Positions 9,570-18,432 of a stretch of 64,000 nucleotides of DNA are shown piece after piece. Positions within the stretch are counted from its first letter, which is position 1; each line of letters begins with the position of its first letter. The position numbers and the translations under genes are program-made. The notes under the pieces are model-generated. The model did no database searches, was not told the DNA's origin, and worked only from the letters and a program-made list of their open reading frames with translations. This stretch comes from Limisphaerales bacterium (GTDB taxonomy: Bacteria; Verrucomicrobiota; Verrucomicrobiia; Limisphaerales; CAIMTB01): NCBI GenBank assembly GCA_050250555.1, contig JBFWOK010000004.1, positions 17,526-81,525 on the forward strand, written 5' to 3'.

Positions 9570-10706
9570 ATGGACCTCCGAATTCGGAATCTTGAGAAGC
9601 AATTCGGAAACACCCCCGTGCTTCGAAGCATCTCCCTGGATGTCCGGGATCGGGAATTCTTCTTCCTTCTCGGTCCCTCCGGCTGCGGGAAGACCACCCT
9701 CCTGAGGATCCTCGCCGGCTTCTACCAACCGGACGCCGGCGAACTGTGGTTCGGGGACCGCCGGATGAACGCGGTCGAACCCCACCACCGCAACACGGGC
9801 ATGGTGTTCCAGAACTACGCCCTCTGGCCCCACCTGACGGTCGCCGACAACGTCGCTTACGGCCTGGAAGTCCGGTCCGTTCCCACCGCTGAAAAACGGG
9901 AACGCGTCGCCGACGCCCTCCGCATGGTCCGGATGGAATCCCTCGCCGACCGGCTCCCCAATCAGCTTTCCGGCGGGCAACAGCAGCGGGTCGCCCTCGC
10001 CCGAGCGCTCGTCATCCGGCCGGATGTCCTCCTCCTCGACGAACCGCTGTCCAACCTCGACGCCCGGCTCCGCCTCGAAATGCGCGACGAACTCCGCCGG
10101 ATCCACGAGGAAACCCGCCTCACCACGGTCTACGTCACGCACGATCAGAAGGAGGCCCTGTCCATGGCCGACCGCATGGCGGTCCTCCGCGACGGATCCG
10201 TCGAACAACTCGGCCAACCCAGGGAGGTCTACCGCGCCCCCGCCAACCGGTTCGTCGCCGAGTTCATCGGTGAAGCCAACTGGCTCCCCGGCATCGTCCG
10301 ATCCCGCGACTCTTCGTCCATCGTTCTCGACACACCCGCCGGAACCCTCGTCGCCCAACCCGCGCCCGCCCCCACCGCGGCCACCGCTCCCACCGACTCC
10401 AACACCTTCCCACCGGGCACTCACGCGGAGGTCGGTTTCCGGCCGGAGGCGGTCCGGTTTCGTCCGGACGGGCCTCTCAACCGGATCGAAGCAACGCTCG
10501 AACGCGTCACCTACCTCGGCGAGATCGAACAGTATCAGCTCCGATCGACGGGCGGTTTCGTGCTCAAGGCGTTTGAACAGAATCCCGAGACGATGAGGAC
10601 CGTCGGCACCCCCGTCGTCTGCCAGGTGGCTCCCGGAGATCTCTTTGTTATTCCCGCCCGCCCGCCGCAGGAGCCACCGCGTGCAGACTCGACCCCGTCC
10701 GGATGA
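9570..10706 (+). CDS. ABC transporter ATP-binding protein (importer type, PotA/FbpC-like with C-terminal TOBE-like region)
   Basis: Walker A GPSGCGKTTLLR, Q-loop MVFQNYALWPHLTV, signature LSGGQQQRVALARAL, Walker B LLLDEPLSNLD. Confidence 0.9.
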   Translation: MDLRIRNLEKQFGNTPVLRSISLDVRDREFFFLLGPSGCGKTTLLRILAGFYQPDAGELWFGDRRMNAVEPHHRNTGMVFQNYALWPHLTVADNVAYGLEVRSVPTAEKRERVADALRMVRMESLADRLPNQLSGGQQQRVALARALVIRPDVLLLDEPLSNLDARLRLEMRDELRRIHEETRLTTVYVTHDQKEALSMADRMAVLRDGSVEQLGQPREVYRAPANRFVAEFIGEANWLPGIVRSRDSSSIVLDTPAGTLVAQPAPAPTAATAPTDSNTFPPGTHAEVGFRPEAVRFRPDGPLNRIEATLERVTYLGEIEQYQLRSTGGFVLKAFEQNPETMRTVGTPVVCQVAPGDLFVIPARPPQEPPRADSTPSG

Positions 10707-11991
10707 ACAGCTGCCCGTGCGCGATAGCGATCGAGGAACGATCGTCCCGGTCCCCTTCGTCACCCATGGACGTCGTGTGCAGCACTTCGAAACGGTCACC
10801 CGTGCCGACGACCGCGACATCCCCCGCCATGCTCATCGCGTAGATCTTCCCGTCACCCGCCGTCGGCGAGGCCTCGTATTTGGTCGCGCCCGGGAGTTCC
10901 CCCTTCCAAACCACTTTGCCCGTCTCCGGCTCGACACAAAGCATCAGGCGGCGGTCGCTGTTCAGGACGAAGAACCGCCCCTGGTAGAACAGGGGCGTCG
11001 ACACGTCGGACGACAGTTCACGATCGCCGCTCTTCCACGCGTAACCCGTTTCCGACAGGGTCCCGTTCTGCCCCAGCTTGAACGCGTAGATCGGTTCCCG
11101 CTTCGGAGCGCAGGCGAGAACGATCCCCGCGCCCGCCACCGGCGACGGCACCAGCCGCCAGTGCGTAATCCTCGCCGGATTCCACGTGCCCCATCGCCAC
11201 AGCTCCTTTCCAGTGGCCGGATCGTGGCCCGTGATGCAGTCCCCTCCCGTGACCAGCAGTTCCGCACGACCCCCGTGGACATGCGGCACCGGGGACGTGA
11301 ACGCCTCCAGCGACTCCTCCCGCGCGTCCGCCGGCCGGATGTGCCGCCACAGGTCCTTCCCGGTCGCCGGGTCCATCGCCAGCAGGTAGGAGTCGTTCGG
11401 TCCGTCCTTCCGGCCCCTGCCCTGCGCCGGCACGTTGCGCTGGAGGACCTGCAGGTAAAGCCGTCCGTCGTACAACAGGGGCGTCGACGAAAACGTCCAC
11501 CCGAAGGCGAACTCACCATGGTCCTTCTGGATGTTCCGCCGCCAGACTTCCTTTCCGTCCACCGTGCAGGCGATGAGGTCCCCCTGCCCGAAGAAAAACC
11601 AGACGTGCTTCCCATCCGTCACGGGAGAAGGCGACGCAAAATTGCTGCGGTCATCCTTGCGATCCCCTTCCGCCACCTTGTGGCGCCAAAGTTCCTTCCC
11701 GGTCTTCCGGTCGTACGCGAGCACGACCAGGGCCCGGGTCGCCGCATCCGCCGACGTCAGGAAGACCCGGTCACCGGCGACCACCGGCGTCGACGCCCCC
11801 GCGCCGGGCAGGGCGATGGACCAGGAGAGCCCCTCGGTCTTGCTGAACTTCGACGAAAGCCCCTTGGCTTCCGGCGAAGATCCGTCGAAACGCGGACCCC
11901 GCCATTGGAGCCAATCCTGAGAGCGAACACTCTGAACCGCGAGAACGCAGACGGCCGCGACCGCCAGGGAGACAATGGGGGAGGTCTTCAT
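10648..11991 (-). CDS. PQQ-like beta-propeller repeat protein, secreted
   Basis: Signal peptide MKTSPIVSLAVAAVCVLAVQS, then DWLQWRGP and repeated blades (G.V...D..L.A.D..TGKELW). Confidence 0.8.
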   Translation of the reverse strand: MKTSPIVSLAVAAVCVLAVQSVRSQDWLQWRGPRFDGSSPEAKGLSSKFSKTEGLSWSIALPGAGASTPVVAGDRVFLTSADAATRALVVLAYDRKTGKELWRHKVAEGDRKDDRSNFASPSPVTDGKHVWFFFGQGDLIACTVDGKEVWRRNIQKDHGEFAFGWTFSSTPLLYDGRLYLQVLQRNVPAQGRGRKDGPNDSYLLAMDPATGKDLWRHIRPADAREESLEAFTSPVPHVHGGRAELLVTGGDCITGHDPATGKELWRWGTWNPARITHWRLVPSPVAGAGIVLACAPKREPIYAFKLGQNGTLSETGYAWKSGDRELSSDVSTPLFYQGRFFVLNSDRRLMLCVEPETGKVVWKGELPGATKYEASPTAGDGKIYAMSMAGDVAVVGTGDRFEVLHTTSMGDEGDRDDRSSIAIAHGQLFIRTGSSLHAVAPAAGGRE

Positions 11992-12301
11992 GAAGAAAGG
12001 GGGGAAATGGTCCCGACGAAAATGCCGATTCCGGGGGCCTTGTCAAAGTCGCAAGTCCTCCCCAAAACCCCGCGTAAGAAACCACGAAGCGCACGAAGAG
12101 CACGAAGGGAGAGGCGGAAGCGAGTCCCTGATCAGGATTGACCTGTAGCGGATTGCCGAGGCCGGAACGAATCATGCTTCCTTCGTGTCCTTCGTGCCTT
12201 CGTGGTGGGATCGCTTTCTCCCAGGCGCCCCTATCCGGAGATCAGGGTCCTCCAAAGGGGGGTGGCGCATCGGCCCGCGTGATGGCACGGTGGCGGGCTC
12301 T

Positions 12302-14284
12302 ATGAGGTTTTCGAGGATTGGGATGTTCGGAGTGCTGACGCTGGCCTGGCTCGCCCTGCCCTGGGTTTCAAGAGCCGCGACCGTCACCGGGTTCAGTCCG
12401 GCGGCCGCCGGTCCAGGCACCGAGGTCAACGTCTTTGGAACGGGCCTCCAGAACACGTTCTTCGTCTACTTCGGTTCCACCGAGGCGTCGGGCGATATCC
12501 TCTCCCGAAGCGCGAACAGCGTCGTCGCCAGGGTCCCCGCCAACGCGCTCACCGGTCAGATCTCCGTTTTCATCAACGGCGGCGGCTTCGCCACGAGTCT
12601 CGGAATCTTCGTCACCACCCCCCGGTTCAGTGAGTTCACCCCACTCACCGGCGGACCCGGCACGCTCGTGACCATTTCCGGCGAGAACTTCGGGACCGGC
12701 CAATTCGGCAGCCGCGGCAACGTCACCAGCGTCCTGTTCAACGGGCAACCCGCCCAGTTCGAGATCAGCGGGATCAACCAACTGCTCGCCCTGGTCCCCC
12801 CTAACGCCACCACCGGACCCATCACCCTCGCCAACGAAGCCGGCTCCACCAGTTCGTTCGTTCCGTTCAATGTCGCGCCCCTCATCACGTCGGTGACCCC
12901 GGCAAGTGGCCAGCCCGGCGAGGCCGTCACGATCGTCGGCTCCAACATCGGAACCGCCTCCCGGGTCGAGTTCGGCCTCGAACGCGCCGAATTCTCGGCC
13001 CTCTCCTCCTCCAATCTCGTCGTTCGCGTCCCCACCAACGCCGTCAATTCCCGCATCCAGATCACAACTCCCGCGGGCACCATCGCCACCGCGTCCCCGT
13101 TCGTCGTCCTCCCCCGCATCATCCAGTTCTCCCCAGCCTTCGGAAACACCGGCACCAATGTCGTCCTGAGCGGCGGCGGATTTCACGGCGTCACCGCCGT
13201 CGAGTTCAACGGCACCCGCGCGAGTTTCACGTTCCAGTCCCCCACCCAGGTCAGTTCGATCGTTCCCTCAGGCGCCTCCACCGGCCCCATCCGGATCGTC
13301 ACCACCAATGGAACCTTCACCTCGACCGCATTCTTCCACCTCCCCGCGCGCGTCACCACCTTCAACCCCGGCTCCGGCAAACGCGACGACGTCATCACCA
13401 TCGATGGCCAGAATCTCTCCGGAACAACCCGCGTCCTCCTGAACGGCGTCGACGCCGACTTCACCGTCGTCTCCCCAACCCGCCTCACCGCCGTCGTCCC
13501 CGCCAACGCCACCACCGGCCGGTTCACCGTCCTCACTCCCGCCGGCTCAGTCCTCAGTTCCGGCACCTTCAATGTCATCCCGGTTCTCGACGGGTTTGCC
13601 CCGGACCACGCCACCATCGGCACCCCCCTCACGCTCTCGGGAGCCGGCCTCACCAACATCGTCTGGGTCCGCCTCGGCGGTCTCGACATGAGTTTCACCG
13701 TGCTCAACCCCACCACCCTCCGCGCCATCGTTCCCCTCGACGCCTTCAGCGGCACGCTCCGCCTCCGCAATCTCAGCGGCGTCGAAGTCCAGGCTCCCGG
13801 CACCTTCGTCGTCGACGGCGCCCGGCCCATCCTCACGTCGTTCTCCCCAACCCAAGGCGCCCCCGGCACCGTCGTTCAGATCGGCGGAAACGGCCTCGCC
13901 ACCACTTCGCGAATCCAATTCAACGGCCGTGACGCCGTTTTCGCGTCCCCCACCCTCACCTCCGTCCAGGCCACCGTTCCCGCCGACGCAACCACCGGCC
14001 CCATCGCCATCACCACCCTCGACGGAATTGTCGTCAGCACTTCCGACTTCACGGTGCGAGTGCCCGAGGTCGCCCTCTCCATCGAACCAGGCATCGCCAG
14101 TGACGAAGTGGTCCTCCGCTGGGACGCGTCAGCGACCGGGTACGTCCTCCAAAGTTCTTCCCGACTGAGCCCGAATCCCACCTGGTCCAATGTTCCGGTC
14201 ACCCCGGTCACCGAGGGAAACAAGTTCCGGGTCACCCTCGTCATCGCCCCCGACGGCGCCACCTACTACCGGCTCCGAAAGTAG
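12302..14284 (+). CDS. IPT/TIG domain repeat surface protein
   Basis: Signal peptide, then about 7 divergent ~85-aa repeats of the form I(T/S)xFxPxxGxPGTxVxIxGxxLxxxxxVxFNGxxAxF...PxxAxTGxI. Confidence 0.8.
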   Translation: MRFSRIGMFGVLTLAWLALPWVSRAATVTGFSPAAAGPGTEVNVFGTGLQNTFFVYFGSTEASGDILSRSANSVVARVPANALTGQISVFINGGGFATSLGIFVTTPRFSEFTPLTGGPGTLVTISGENFGTGQFGSRGNVTSVLFNGQPAQFEISGINQLLALVPPNATTGPITLANEAGSTSSFVPFNVAPLITSVTPASGQPGEAVTIVGSNIGTASRVEFGLERAEFSALSSSNLVVRVPTNAVNSRIQITTPAGTIATASPFVVLPRIIQFSPAFGNTGTNVVLSGGGFHGVTAVEFNGTRASFTFQSPTQVSSIVPSGASTGPIRIVTTNGTFTSTAFFHLPARVTTFNPGSGKRDDVITIDGQNLSGTTRVLLNGVDADFTVVSPTRLTAVVPANATTGRFTVLTPAGSVLSSGTFNVIPVLDGFAPDHATIGTPLTLSGAGLTNIVWVRLGGLDMSFTVLNPTTLRAIVPLDAFSGTLRLRNLSGVEVQAPGTFVVDGARPILTSFSPTQGAPGTVVQIGGNGLATTSRIQFNGRDAVFASPTLTSVQATVPADATTGPIAITTLDGIVVSTSDFTVRVPEVALSIEPGIASDEVVLRWDASATGYVLQSSSRLSPNPTWSNVPVTPVTEGNKFRVTLVIAPDGATYYRLRK

Positions 14285-14298
14285 GATGGCGCGCGCAA

Positions 14299-14508
14299 CT
14301 AGCGACGCCCACCCGCGCGCAGGAGTATCAGCCCCACCGCCACCGCCGCGAAAAAGTCCGCGGCCACGATCAATGCCCGCAGGCGCGGCTCCAACGGCAC
14401 CATCACCGCCGTGACCACCCCGCCCAGGATGAGCAAGGCCGGAATCAGGACCACGTTCCATTTCACGGAGCGAAGGTAAATGACGCCTTCCCCCCTTTGG
14501 AAGACCAA
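14299..14508 (-). CDS. small hydrophobic protein (two predicted TM helices), function unknown
   Basis: VKWNVVLIPALLILGGVVTAVMVPLEPRLRALIVAADFFAAVAVGLILL. The call rests on composition only. The start is probably an internal GTG. Confidence 0.3.
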   Translation of the reverse strand: MVFQRGEGVIYLRSVKWNVVLIPALLILGGVVTAVMVPLEPRLRALIVAADFFAAVAVGLILLRAGGRR

Positions 14509-14550
14509 GCCCAGCCCCCATCAAATCCTCGGCCAACCCCTTCGCAGATC

Positions 14551-14586
14551 CGTCCCATCCGTCTCATTCGTCCCATCCGTCCCATT
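14551..14586 (+). repeat. 4 x 9-bp tandem repeat (cgtcccatc / cgtctcatt)
   Basis: Read directly. Intergenic, 62 nt upstream of the CRTAC1-like gene start. Confidence 0.85.
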
Positions 14587-14647
14587 CCCCACCCCCTCGC
14601 CATTGCCGGCTCGACCTCCCCCCTGAGTTCTCCGCAAGATTTCCCCC

Positions 14648-17600
14648 GTGCCCCCCAGAAGGTCCCATTCGGCGGTCTCCGTTGTCCTGTTCCTGTCTTT
14701 TCAAAGTAGTTCCTTGCTCGGCGCCTCCCGCCCAATCCCGGTGTCCCCATCTCCAACCGAGGGCTTCTCCGCGGTGCCTCCCTCCCAGACCGGAATCCAC
14801 TTCACCAACCGCCTTCCCCCTTCCCTCGCCACCCAGAACCAGAATCTCATGAACGGCTCCGGCGTCGCCGCCGGCGACTTCGACGGCGACGGCCGCTGCG
14901 ACCTCTATTTCTGCGCCATCAACGGAACCAACACCCTCTATCGAAATCTCGGCAACTGGCGCTTTGAGGAGGTCGCCCGGACCGCCGGCGTCACCGGAAG
15001 AAACTGGGCCTCCACCGGCGCCGTCTTCGCCGACCTCGACGGCGACGGCGACAACGATCTCCTGGTGTCCACGCTCGGCGCTGGAGTCCAGGGTTTCCGA
15101 AACCTCGGCCAAGGACGGTTCGAACTCGCGACCACCGAATCCGGCCTCGCATCCACGTCCGGCGCCACGTCCCTCGCCCTCGGTGATGTCGACGGGGACG
15201 GCGACCTCGACCTGTACGCCGTCAACTACGGCGCCGAGTCGGTCCTCCGCTCGGGAGGCCGCGCCGAGATCAAAAAGGTGAACGGCGAATGGGTCTTCAC
15301 CGGCCCCAACGCCCACCGACTGCGCTACCGGGACGGACAGGTCGAAGAGGTCGGCGAAGCCGGATTCCTCTACCTCAACGACGGAAAAGGGCGCTTCAAA
15401 GCCCTGCCCTGGAGTTCCCAGTACTTCACCGGCATCGATGGCCTGCCGAAACCTCCGCCCCTCGACTACGGCCTCGGCGCCCAAATGCGGGACGTCAATG
15501 GAGACGGCGCACCCGATCTCTACATCTGCAACGATTTTCAGATGCCCGACCGCCTCTGGATCAACGACGGCCGCGGCCGCTTCCGCGAAGCCCCCTTCCA
15601 GGCCCTCCGCAAGTTCCCGTTCTCATCCATGGGCGTCGACTTCGGAGACCTCGACCGCGACGGGCACCTCGACTTTTTCGCCGTGGAAATGGCCAGCCGC
15701 GAACAGGCGCGCGCCCAACGCCAGGTTTCCGGTCTCACCCCCTCGCCCAACATCCCCGGAAGGTTCGACGCGCGCCCCCAGGTCGGACGCAACACACTGT
15801 TCCGCTCCAACGGCGACGGGTCGTGGTCCGAAATCGCCGAATTCTCCGGCCTCGCCGCCACCGATTGGTCCTGGCAACCCGTCTTCCTCGACGTCGATCT
15901 GGACGGCTTCGAGGACGTCCTTGTCGCCAACGGAATGATGTTCGACACCCAGGACCGCGACACACTCGCCCGAATTCAGTCGTTCGGCCGCCAGGCACCC
16001 ACCAACGCCCGTACCAACCTCCTTCTCTACCCCCCGTTCAACTCACCCAACGTCGCCTTCCGAAACCTCGGCGCCTTCCAATTCCAGGACGCATCGACCC
16101 GTTGGCACTTCGATTCCCCCAGCGTCTCCCAGGGCGTCGCTCTCGCCGACCTCGACGACGACGGGGACGCCGATGTGATCATCAATTGCCTCAACGACCC
16201 GCCCCTTCTCTACCGCAATGAAGGCTCCGCCCCCCGATTGGCCGTCCGCCTCCGCGGCACCGCTCCGAACACGTTCGGCATCGGCGCCCAGATCCGCGTC
16301 GAAGGCGGTCCCGTCCCCCAATTCCAGGAAATGATCGCCGGCGGCCGATACTTGTCCGGGGACGATCCGTTCCGATCCTTCGCCTGCGGCACCGCCACTC
16401 AACTCACGGTCCGCGTCACCTGGCGCTCCGGCCGCACCACCGTCGTGACCAATGCCGCGCCCAACACCCTCCTCACCCTCTCCGAAAACCCGGAGGCACC
16501 CGTCGAACCAAGACCGTCGACCCAGCCCAAACCCGACCTGCCCCGCTTCGTCGACGCCTCCCCCACCCTTCGTCATCAACATCACGAAGTGTTGTTCGAC
16601 GACTTCGCCCGCCAACCCCTCCTCCATCGCCAACTCAGCGCCCTCGGTCCGGGCCTCGCCTGGACGGACCTCGACCTCGATGGCCGCGACGAACTCGTCA
16701 TCGGAACGGGACGTGGCGGCAAGCTCGGCGCGCGACGATTCTCCACGGACGGCACCGCTTCGGACATTCCCACGGATTGGATCGCCCCAGGAGACGTGAC
16801 CGGGATCACCGGCTGGCGGACTCGGGAAGGCCGTCCCGCGCTGCTCGCCGCCGTTTCGGCGTACGAAGAGTCGTCCCCGAGGAACGGTGAGTTGGTCGAA
16901 GTCACGCTCGATCCCGCCGGGCAACGGCTTCAAGTCAGCCCCGCCCTTCAGTTCAATCCCGGAACCGGAACAACGACGATCCCCGCCTACCCAGGCCCGC
17001 TGGCGGCCGCCGATTTCGACGGGGACGGCGATCTCGATCTCTTCATCGGATCCAGGGTGATCCCCGGATCCTACCCGCGGGCCACGCCCTCCCTCCTCCT
17101 GCGCCGCGACAACAATAGCAACAACACCACCACCACGTGGACCCCGGACCCGAAAGCGGCGGCCCTCCTCGAACGAGCCGGAATGGTCTCCGCCGCGGTC
17201 TGGAGCGATCTCGAAAACGACGGTTTTCCGGAACTGATCCTCGCGTGCGAGTGGGGGCCCCTCAGGATCCTCCGGAATCAGCAAGGCAAGTTCACGAACT
17301 GGAACCCCCAGATCGCACCGGAGCTTCCCGGGGCGGCGCCGCGCCTGCTGTCCGAACTCACAGGATGGTGGAACGTCATCACCGCCGGGGATTTCAACAA
17401 CGATGGTCGCCTCGACCTCGTCGCCGCCAACTGGGGTCTCAACACCGGTTATCGGGCGACACCGCTCCAACCCCTCCGGATCCACTTCGCCCGACTGAGC
17501 AGCCCGACCGGCGAGGATCTCATCGAGTCCTACTTCGCCGCCGACTCCGGAAAAGAGGTGCCGCGAAGGAGCTTGAACGCTCTCGGCCGGGCGTTCCCTT

Positions 17601-18364
17601 TTCTGGCCGGACGTTTCCCCACGCACCGGGCCTACGGGAATGCGGGAATCCAGGACATCCTTTCGGCCCTTCCTTTTCCCCCCGCCACGGTCGCCGCCAC
17701 CACGCTCGCCAGCACGTTGTTCCTCAACACTCCGACCGGTTGGACAGCCGTCCCCCTGCCGGCGGAAGCCCAATACGCTCCCGCGTTCGGAATAAGCGTC
17801 ATGGACCTGGACTCCGACGGAGACCTGGACCTGTTCCTGGCCCAAAACTTCTTCGGCACACGAATCGAATGGCCCCGATGCGACGCGGGTCGCGGTCTCT
17901 TTCTGAGCAACGACGGCACGGGCAGGTTCGTTCCACTGACTTCATCGGAGTCCGGTCTCGTCATCCTCGGAGAACAACGCGGCGCCGCTGTCGCCGACTT
18001 CAACAACGACGGCAAACCCGACCTCGCCGTGGCCCAGAATGGCGCGCCAACAACCCTGTGGAAGCACTCGACCGACCAACCGCAACTCCGCATCCGACTG
18101 ACTGGCCCCGCCGGCAACCCCGACGGCTTCGGAACCACGCTCCGTCCCCGATTCGGCACGAACGACGGGCCGATCCACGAAATCCGCGCCTCCACGGGCT
18201 ACTGGTCCAAGGATTCGGCCACTCTCTTCCTTCCCGGAACCCCCCGCCCCACGGAACTACTTGTCCGCTGGCCCGGCGGCCAACTCCAGACCGTCGCCGT
18301 ACCACCCACCGGCGACCCGATCGTCATCGCCTCGCCAAACCCGAATCCGGCCGAACGCCAATAA
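14648..18364 (+). CDS. FG-GAP/VCBS repeat protein with two ASPIC/UnbV-like modules (CRTAC1 family)
   Basis: Many GDFDGDGxxDLY / DLDGDGDxDL / DFNNDGxxDL repeats. RxxGxxPNxFGIGAQIRV and GYWSxDS motifs are typical of the ASPIC/UnbV C-terminal domains. Confidence 0.85.
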   Translation: MPPRRSHSAVSVVLFLSFQSSSLLGASRPIPVSPSPTEGFSAVPPSQTGIHFTNRLPPSLATQNQNLMNGSGVAAGDFDGDGRCDLYFCAINGTNTLYRNLGNWRFEEVARTAGVTGRNWASTGAVFADLDGDGDNDLLVSTLGAGVQGFRNLGQGRFELATTESGLASTSGATSLALGDVDGDGDLDLYAVNYGAESVLRSGGRAEIKKVNGEWVFTGPNAHRLRYRDGQVEEVGEAGFLYLNDGKGRFKALPWSSQYFTGIDGLPKPPPLDYGLGAQMRDVNGDGAPDLYICNDFQMPDRLWINDGRGRFREAPFQALRKFPFSSMGVDFGDLDRDGHLDFFAVEMASREQARAQRQVSGLTPSPNIPGRFDARPQVGRNTLFRSNGDGSWSEIAEFSGLAATDWSWQPVFLDVDLDGFEDVLVANGMMFDTQDRDTLARIQSFGRQAPTNARTNLLLYPPFNSPNVAFRNLGAFQFQDASTRWHFDSPSVSQGVALADLDDDGDADVIINCLNDPPLLYRNEGSAPRLAVRLRGTAPNTFGIGAQIRVEGGPVPQFQEMIAGGRYLSGDDPFRSFACGTATQLTVRVTWRSGRTTVVTNAAPNTLLTLSENPEAPVEPRPSTQPKPDLPRFVDASPTLRHQHHEVLFDDFARQPLLHRQLSALGPGLAWTDLDLDGRDELVIGTGRGGKLGARRFSTDGTASDIPTDWIAPGDVTGITGWRTREGRPALLAAVSAYEESSPRNGELVEVTLDPAGQRLQVSPALQFNPGTGTTTIPAYPGPLAAADFDGDGDLDLFIGSRVIPGSYPRATPSLLLRRDNNSNNTTTTWTPDPKAAALLERAGMVSAAVWSDLENDGFPELILACEWGPLRILRNQQGKFTNWNPQIAPELPGAAPRLLSELTGWWNVITAGDFNNDGRLDLVAANWGLNTGYRATPLQPLRIHFARLSSPTGEDLIESYFAADSGKEVPRRSLNALGRAFPFLAGRFPTHRAYGNAGIQDILSALPFPPATVAATTLASTLFLNTPTGWTAVPLPAEAQYAPAFGISVMDLDSDGDLDLFLAQNFFGTRIEWPRCDAGRGLFLSNDGTGRFVPLTSSESGLVILGEQRGAAVADFNNDGKPDLAVAQNGAPTTLWKHSTDQPQLRIRLTGPAGNPDGFGTTLRPRFGTNDGPIHEIRASTGYWSKDSATLFLPGTPRPTELLVRWPGGQLQTVAVPPTGDPIVIASPNPNPAERQ

Positions 18365-18432
18365 CCGAATCGACCTCGATTCGATGCCCGGACCCCGTTC
18401 TCCCTCATTGCCCAAGAACTGTATTTCACCGC

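Noticed and set aside
12283-12300. Sigma-54-like motif tggcacggtggcgggc upstream of the IPT/TIG gene
   Set aside because: The GG-to-GC spacing is off by one, and the -12 element would sit practically on the ATG at 12302.
17137-18432. 5' part of track ORF 17137..20922
   Set aside because: It overlaps the CRTAC1-like gene in another frame and is Arg/Pro-rich. The real gene most likely starts at a GTG at 18433-18517, just before the signal peptide.
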